A stretch of 64,000 bases of DNA from assembly GCF_001194135.2 (NCBI RefSeq), contig NC_068992.1, forward strand, positions 37,609,768 through 37,673,767, read 5' to 3'. This DNA comes from Octopus bimaculoides (lineage: Eukaryota). Both the position numbers and the translations under genes were made by a program. This document shows positions 62,392 through 64,000 of this stretch, one piece after another. Each line of letters opens with the position of its first letter. Position 1 is the stretch's first letter. The notes beneath the pieces are model-generated. The model saw only the letters and a program-made list of their open reading frames with translations, had not been told where the DNA came from and made no database searches.

Positions 62392-62729
62392 ATGGGGGAA
62401 TTTACGAAAAAAAACAACAACAGACGAGGACAGGTGGTGTAAACAACAAAAGGATATATTAGTTTAACGCTCGGGAATACAGAAAGTCTTTAACGTTTTG
62501 AGCTACGCTCTTCAACAGAAAGAATACAGAGAAAACAAGGAGAAAAACACGGAGAAAAAAAATTGAATGTTTTGTCAGCGATCAATCATGGCAACTGCCA
62601 GACAGGAAGTTTCCGGACAGGAAGTTGCCGGACAGAAAGTTGCCAGACAGGAAGTTGCCGGACAGGAAGTTGCCTGACAGGAAGTTCACGCAGGAGAACT
62701 AGGAAAAAGGGGAGATAACAAAAGAGGAA
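62392..62729 (-). mobile_element. Penelope-type pseudo-LTR with hammerhead motif and 15-bp tandem array
   Basis: Hammerhead-shaped motif at 62487-62523; array at 62597-62686; no coding part visible before the gap. Confidence 0.55.
62597..62686. repeat. Six-copy 15-bp tandem array GCCGGACAGGAAGTT
   Basis: Six contiguous units with 0-1 mismatch each. Confidence 0.95.
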
Positions 62730-63289
62730 NNNNNNNNNNNNNNNNNNNNNNNNNNNNNNNNNNNNNNNNNNNNNNNNNNNNNNNNNNNNNNNNNNNNNNN
62801 NNNNNNNNNNNNNNNNNNNNNNNNNNNNNNNNNNNNNNNNNNNNNNNNNNNNNNNNNNNNNNNNNNNNNNNNNNNNNNNNNNNNNNNNNNNNNNNNNNNN
62901 NNNNNNNNNNNNNNNNNNNNNNNNNNNNNNNNNNNNNNNNNNNNNNNNNNNNNNNNNNNNNNNNNNNNNNNNNNNNNNNNNNNNNNNNNNNNNNNNNNNN
63001 NNNNNNNNNNNNNNNNNNNNNNNNNNNNNNNNNNNNNNNNNNNNNNNNNNNNNNNNNNNNNNNNNNNNNNNNNNNGGGAGGAGGGAGGTGGGTATGTTTG
63101 CATGTATGTATGCATACGTATGTGTGTGTTGTATGTTATGTGTGTGTATGTGTGTGTATGTATGCATGTATGTATGTAGGTAGGTTTGTATGTATCCATG
63201 TATGTATGTATGTATGTATGTATATGTCTTTTGTCTTTATTAATTAGAATTCTTCTTAGAAGGGAAGAACTGGTTTCTGACTTTTTGCT

Positions 63290-63845
63290 GGCATGATGAA
63301 TATTTCCTCTGAAAGTTTCTGTTTAAGTAGCTAAGTCTAGCCACTCTTGGTTCACAAGGAACAGCTATATGCTAAGAATACTTATTCAGGAGTTCTTTAT
63401 CTAATCTCATGATGTAATTCCCTTCACTGTTGAGTACATGTGTGTTCTCTACTTATTCAGGAGCTGATGTCTATGTGATACAATGCAACACTTATTAGAA
63501 CAGTCTGAACTGATCTAATGCCTCTACCTTCATCCCTTCATTTAACAATGATCCTGTCAGTATCACTGCTAATGTGGAAATTACAAATAGTTCTCAGTAC
63601 CTTCTTAGTATTGATATCCAAGTTCTGAAATTCTTCAAATGTCCAGTCTAGGATCTCAAATGTTGGTACTAGTACTGACCCTGTGCAACAACTGTAAGAT
63701 ATAATCATGTTGAACGAAGACTTCCATATATTCCAAAGTCTGCTGAAGTATTTTTTGTCACTCTAGCTTTATTTACAGCATCAATAGATGCAACATCCTT
63801 GTTGATTCCAAGGTATTTGTGACATTCATCATTGACAAATCGGAA
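63290..63845 (-). mobile_element. R4/Dong-clade RT C-terminal fragment
   Basis: HKYLGINK, ILQLLHR, DIKTKK-type motifs, similar to 50750-51100. Confidence 0.7.
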
Positions 63846-63885
63846 GATAGACAGGCATTGATATTCATATATATATATGTATATA

Positions 63886-64000
63886 CGGGGTGCAATGGGT
63901 AAATTGCTGCCATTTTATATTTTTAATTTTATGCATGCACATTGTTTGTTTTTGATTTTGTCAACTACACAGTATAGTAGGGTCACTTGGGCAGCATCTG
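63886..64000 (+). mobile_element. Left end of a probable Tc1/mariner-superfamily element
   Basis: TA|CGGGGTGCAATGGGTAAATT terminus after (TA)n; truncated by the window edge. Confidence 0.4.

Noticed and set aside
1-64000. CRISPR arrays, tRNA/rRNA genes and prokaryotic operons
   Set aside because: No repeat-spacer structure; tRNA-like stretches are SINE heads; the sequence is eukaryotic.

Overview
AT-rich, gap-containing eukaryotic genomic DNA, mostly decayed transposable elements. The tRNA-derived and CORE-type SINEs and the RTE LINE tails resemble those I recall from Octopus (coleoid cephalopod) genomes; this is an inference, not a database result. Elements seen: many RTE LINE copies (one family with a PHD-type finger inside the RT, another with C-terminal C2H2 fingers), several R4/Dong-type restriction-like-endonuclease retrotransposons clustered in (CATA)n, four Penelope-like (PLE) remnants, a decayed Gypsy LTR element, four Tc1/mariner-superfamily units, a Chapaev3 transposon and a Helitron-like element. 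The only host-gene signal is a minus-strand 120-bp exon resembling the N-terminus of IQCH, plus a 52-bp exon just upstream. No CRISPR, rRNA or tRNA genes are supported. The most interesting signals are RNA-structural or mechanistic: hammerhead motifs in PLE pseudo-LTRs, an HDV-like ribozyme at an RTE 5' end, a possibly atypical HDV-like leader shared by three RTE copies, a pre-miRNA-like hairpin, a microhomology-flanked 83-bp templated insertion and inverted PLE insertions. I cannot show that any of these is an undescribed system. All alignments and folds were done by eye, and TE boundaries are approximate unless TIR/TSD or splice sites are quoted.
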